Assembly: GCF_000007985.2 (NCBI RefSeq)
Contig: NC_002939.5
Coordinates: 30,001-62,000 of the forward strand
Direction: 5' to 3'
Length of the DNA stretch: 32,000 bases
Origin: Geobacter sulfurreducens PCA
Lineage (GTDB): Bacteria; Desulfobacterota; Desulfuromonadia; Geobacterales; Geobacteraceae
In this document: positions 29,901-32,000 of the stretch, in pieces
How the letters are laid out: every line of letters begins with the position of its first letter
How positions within the stretch are numbered: the stretch's first letter is position 1
The notes under the pieces: model-generated
Databases searched by the model: none
What the model saw: the letters and a program-made list of their open reading frames with translations, nothing else
What the model was told of the DNA's origin: nothing
Program-made: the position numbers and the translations under genes

Positions 29901-30277
29901 CGGTAGCGGCCGTTCCCGGCATCAACCAAGTCATGCCTGGCGCCGTTCAGGATGAGGGAGTATGTGTCGTTGCTGTTTTTCTGGATGTGGTTGGAAGGAA
30001 TTTCCCAGCCAGTGCCTAACTGGTTGTTGGTGTTGCCAACAAGGAAGCTGTTGTAGGAAAGGGACAACCGCGGGGCAAAACCGTGTACTCCGGATGGATG
30101 TTCTACTTTATAGTCGTAATAATAAGTGCAAGTAAATAAATTTGATTGGTAAAAGTAACTGAAAATATTGCCTGCCCACACAGATGAGTCAAAAATTACA
30201 GAGACGCAAAATATGGCCATTAAATACACCAGCCCGATTATAGTGGCCCGAATATATTTATACGCCTCACAGAACAT
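23924..30277 (-). CDS. Giant secreted SpvB-N / TcdB-mid / YD(RHS)-repeat shell protein with Ca-binding and Ig-like C-terminal modules; no RHS core or toxin tip
   Basis: 2117-aa ORF with GGAG 8 nt upstream of the ATG. The Sec-type signal is MFCEAYKYIRATIIGLVYLMAIFCVSVIFDSSVWA|G. An SpvB-like motif is present (GFAPRLSLSYNS...NQLGTGWEI), as is a TcdB-midN-like stretch (YWVVSSVTRDNGL...NEFRGFGMV). Many YD repeats occur (YRYDSYGNRIETIDPEGR, YGYNPLGELLTT, HSYDSLGRKTKVVDP, SRYDRVGNIIATTDAKG, FTFDPLNRVTKV, YTYDARLRKTGE, WAYDPMDRLTSQ, FTYDPLNRLL). See the sub-features for the tail. Confidence 0.9.
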   Translation of the reverse strand: MFCEAYKYIRATIIGLVYLMAIFCVSVIFDSSVWAGNIFSYFYQSNLFTCTYYYDYKVEHPSGVHGFAPRLSLSYNSFLVGNTNNQLGTGWEIPSNHIQKNSNDTYSLILNGARHDLVDAGNGRYRTRIESYLKIEKKPCAANSSGEAWEVTAKDGTRYSFGITQDADNILYPGIPETPQGWRWSLDRITDTNGNAIYYSYVEDQGVVYPGRIEYNNDRQRVIEFTWEDRPDPVSLVDEGSAVTIAKRLSRIDVSVSGSLVKSIRLAYSPITPETPLSLLSSITKYGSDGVTSLPPTRFTYTQADAQTRLLETITSDLGGVTTIAYAPSSTCPNSSLPSNYWVVSSVTRDNGLPAGNSQRTIVTTGYACANGLFDVPSNEFRGFGMVTETHRDGTNIISQVIHTFNQDDALKGTEAQTLTTDAAGKPYIKTVNSWSATTADGVHNVTLDRVETFTYDGVAASPKQVVKDYQFDQFGNVTLEADYGDAAVSGDELFTFREYAQNENLWLLNRVKRLYSAATPGGAHLRESWFQYDGGDLNAVPVQGNLTREEHFLDSGENPVTTYRYDSYGNRIETIDPEGRATKVEYDADYHAFPVRVTNAKGQVTERQFDPAIGKPVLERDPNGAETVYVYDNFKRLMKVVKPGDTLAFPTTEINYNLDGSAPENVTVKAREQAGTANTLDTIQSVDGLGRVIQTRAEYQNPASQIVVDTFHDAMGRESGRSLPYLATASVGYSAPLATPKTVTEYDPIGRPLKVTNPDGTFSLRSYNHWSVTETNENSHLKQKWFDADGKLAQVAEVNGSETYLTRYGYNPLGELLTTTNHLGNTTTHSYDSLGRKTKVVDPDLGTRTSRYDRVGNIIATTDAKGIATRFTFDPLNRVTKVDYPNDPDISYVYDEGKVGALSRVTDALGTVAYTYDARLRKTGETRTMDGMTWTTSWAYDPMDRLTSQTYPDGQVTTFSYNGMGKLSAISGILSAIDYNQAGSETRRGYINGLATQFNYYPENFHLKRILTTNIQNFSYEYDYVGNVKKIVNATQPASPRTENFTYDPLNRLLMAEDAGAGGYRKDYLYNPIGNMLTETSVQNGTTSMAQYTYGEAGAGPHAVTGKTDQKPIVALFSLNNGQPYTTTRQVTLSNVTIGNPSEFLASESPEFAGASWQPYGTAISYTLTGDPGKKTVYFKVRRNGIESTYKIAEIEYLSADVDSDGIPDAYDNDSNNDGFPDAWANRYALVGTIDSQADPDGDSWNNQREYQQGTDPTKADNPQMDSSSDNYVLKRASFSQTGAAQLSDSYILRDSLQQVGFNQGGGQRESENYALNDALGRQTGYLGLADSDGDGIADIVDDDDDNDGMPDVWEAANGLNPHDRADAQADPDGDGMVNLQEYLKGTKPILADSDSDGLSDYLEVYVFHTTANGSDPFISADSDGDGLPDASDTDPAHYNVIAISEGYTLRHGNFSAGSAQRSSETYSTRDRLGNGEAGVSLSVNSGAHLKPIALDFGTYTGSVKTMRLTVTNAGSESIDLGSLTTTGINPYEFTVVANGCSGKSMAAASTCTVDVQFVPSYSGAKSAQVEIPTSDSNTPLLSAQLTGVAAGMSDSQSPIGSVVVDDGRTFTRSTTVSLKLTAKDASGASEMCVSNDNVCSRWEPYIGTKEWVIPAGDGPKTVHAWYRDKLGNATTAPLNATITLDTVSPTVNLSLRSGIYNSGQTVTLTTSEPATIYYTLNGTNPTTASSVYSKPILVSGNAILKLVAIDLAGNASSVQTEQFVVDTTGPSLSVTAPVAGSWTSLSTVELTGKTTDGTRVSRLTINGVSVPLAYDGSFSQSLTLLPGLNQINTAAVDEAGNQTIDSRVVGLDQQAPSIAISLPVSGETVCGPSYIIKGTAGDGNGSGIQRVEVSTDGGQSWRVASGTTNWSFDWQLPEPGAVSIKARATDAAGNTGNATGANITVRAGYRLDITINGTGKGAITGPSVGISCNSTCGGFYESGSTITLTAEPDYSLFTGWSGACSGTGNCIISLQSNTTVTATFTKDDTHVVRLDSPSPLYYSTIQAAYNAAPSNSTIQIWGINLTEACVLNRNISVMLKGGYDDQYSGNAGVTTINGSLTIFNGSVVVEKLVIR
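23927..25810 (-). other. Domain region: beta-sandwich/adhesin-like modules (aa ~1490-2117)
   Basis: An ASH/choice-of-anchor-D-like segment is LDFGTYTGSVKTMRLTVTNAGSESIDL...CTVDVQFVP. An Ig-like module carries the W.PY...K.W....GDG.KTV pattern, which also occurs at aa ~1120-1185. A CHB_HEX_C-like segment is GIYNSGQTVTLTTSEPATIYYTLNGTNPT. Two further Ig-like modules follow. An InlB-B-repeat-like segment is YRLDITINGTGKGAITG...TLTAEPDYSLFTGWSGAC. The cap is beta-helix-like. All assignments are by eye. Confidence 0.5.
25958..26680 (-). repeat. Domain region: thrombospondin-type-3-like Asp-rich Ca-binding repeats (aa ~1200-1440)
   Basis: DVDSDGIPDAYDNDSNNDGFPDAW, DPDGDSWNNQREYQQGTDP, DSDGDGIADIVDDDDDNDGMPDVWE, DPDGDGMVNLQEYLKGTKP, DSDSDGLSDYLE and DSDGDGLPDASDTDP. 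Confidence 0.7.
26960..28777 (-). repeat. Domain region: YD/RHS repeat shell (aa ~500-1106), ending ...YTYGEAGAGPHAVTG
   Basis: The YD-repeat consensus (Y.YD..G....) recurs throughout. I saw no YYxHxDHLGS, no PFGE...GLYYxRARYYDP and no DPxGL motif after it. Confidence 0.7.
28778..30115 (-). other. Domain region: SpvB-like N-terminal domain plus TcdB-middle/N-like region (aa ~55-500)
   Basis: Motifs are listed under the parent CDS. Boundaries are estimated from residue counting and are not HMM-derived. Confidence 0.6.
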
Positions 30278-30301
30278 TAAACATTCTCCATTTAAATGAA
30301 T

Positions 30302-31170
30302 TTATCCGGCTTTATGTCCAAACAAGCCACATCTGATTTGGATATATATAAACCTTAGTTTTGATATTACCTCATAGGTAAGAGTTAATTTATCAGCAGC
30401 ATATTCAGTTAATGCTTGTGATGCGCTAGCGTAATCACCGTTTTTAATGAATTCAATAATTTTTAATCCAGTTACTGAATCACCTATACCAGGCAGATTC
30501 TCTACAGCTGACAATAAATCATCAGATTCTTCAACGCATTTATCTAGGCTGTTATCATATTCACCAATAAACACAGAAGTGTCTGGTAGATGATTAACAT
30601 CAATATTATTGTCACTTGGGACTTGATTGTTTGTTAAAGATTCAGTTTCATGTGCTGCATTGTTTGTGGCTTTCATTCGGTTGCTTTGTGTTTTGGTTCG
30701 AGAAATATTTTTTGCGACTTGATACTTCTTCCCCTCCTTAAACAGCTTCTTCGCCTTCTTCAGCGGTGTCTTGTCATGATCCGGATCAACCCCATGGGCG
30801 ATCATCCATTTTTCTCTCTTTGACAGCTTTGCCTTCTTTTTCTTCTTGTAGCCATCCAGGTCAACATAACTGAGCGGATTGTTCCCCGCGTACGCATACA
30901 GGTTCAGATCCTGCGGATCATCCAGATCGGGCTCCTCGACATCCGCCTGGGTGAAGTGCCGCAGTTCCGGGCTGACGTAGCGCGCCTCGAAGTTGTATAA
31001 CCCTGCCCCCTTGTCGTTTTCCTTGCCGGTGTAATAATTCTCTGTGCCGCCTTGCCTGACCTCGCCGAAGGGGAGATAGCTGGTGCTGCTGACCACCTGC
31101 CCGGAACCGTTGGTCACCGCGCTCACACCACCCAAATGGTCAGGATGATAGAAATAGGTGTTAGCGGCAA
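30302..31170 (-). pseudogene. 3' fragment of an RHS gene: RHS-associated core end plus uncharacterised AT-rich C-terminal tip (ORF 30302..31210 borrows its first ~13 codons from the IS end)
   Basis: The translation contains TYFYHPDHLGG, YLPFGE, YTGKENDKGAGLYNFEARYVSPELRHFTQAD and NLYAYAGNNPLSYVDLDGY, which together form the RHS core-domain consensus. It is followed by about 180 aa (KKKKKAKLSKREKW...GLFGHKAG) with no motif I recognise. The N-terminal MGQFSISEVGHFY is encoded by the putative IS21 terminus. Confidence 0.7.

Positions 31171-32000
<830 letters not shown>

Overview
A high-GC chromosome segment whose gene content and order look Geobacter-like (Geobacteraceae); this placement is inference from synteny and the LexA-box type, with no database search run. 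Positions 1-19500 are housekeeping. They hold a GntR/MocR-type regulator (partial), a secreted pentapeptide-repeat protein, a gamma-carbonic-anhydrase-like protein, nadA and a TatA/B-family gene. Next comes a complete minus-strand tolQ-tolR-tolA-tolB-pal-cpoB cluster preceded by a C-N hydrolase, then hemW. A CIRCE-controlled hrcA-grpE-dnaK-dnaJ operon follows, then thpR and a CapA-family gene. The last housekeeping unit is a tightly packed serS / tRNA-Ser(UGA) / tRNA-Ser(GCU) / lipoprotein / tRNA-Arg(ACG) unit. The tRNA-Arg (19425-19501) marks the switch into an accessory region of mosaic base composition. (1) A decayed low-GC stretch contains a multiply disrupted SLOG/YpsA-like pseudogene. 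(2) An SOS module encodes an SRAP/YedK-like protein, LexA, an uncharacterised 82-aa ORF and Pol IV (DinB), with a Geobacter-type LexA box over the lexA promoter. (3) A decayed spacer carries frameshifted ORF remnants. (4) A 2117-aa Sec-signal protein combines an SpvB-like N-domain, a TcdB-mid-like region and a YD/RHS shell. It lacks the RHS-associated core and toxin tip and instead carries about 1000 aa of Ca-binding (TSP3-like) and Ig-like/adhesin-like modules. (5) Directly upstream on the same strand is an RHS core-end fragment with an AT-rich, unrecognisable C-terminal tip and no immunity ORF. (6) An IS21-family element (istA, partial) appears to have cut that RHS gene. The RHS locus (23.9-31.2 kb) is my best candidate for an undescribed system, and the LexA-linked 82-aa ORF is second. 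No CRISPR array or rRNA was seen. Many long ORFs in the supplied track are antisense shadows of real genes.
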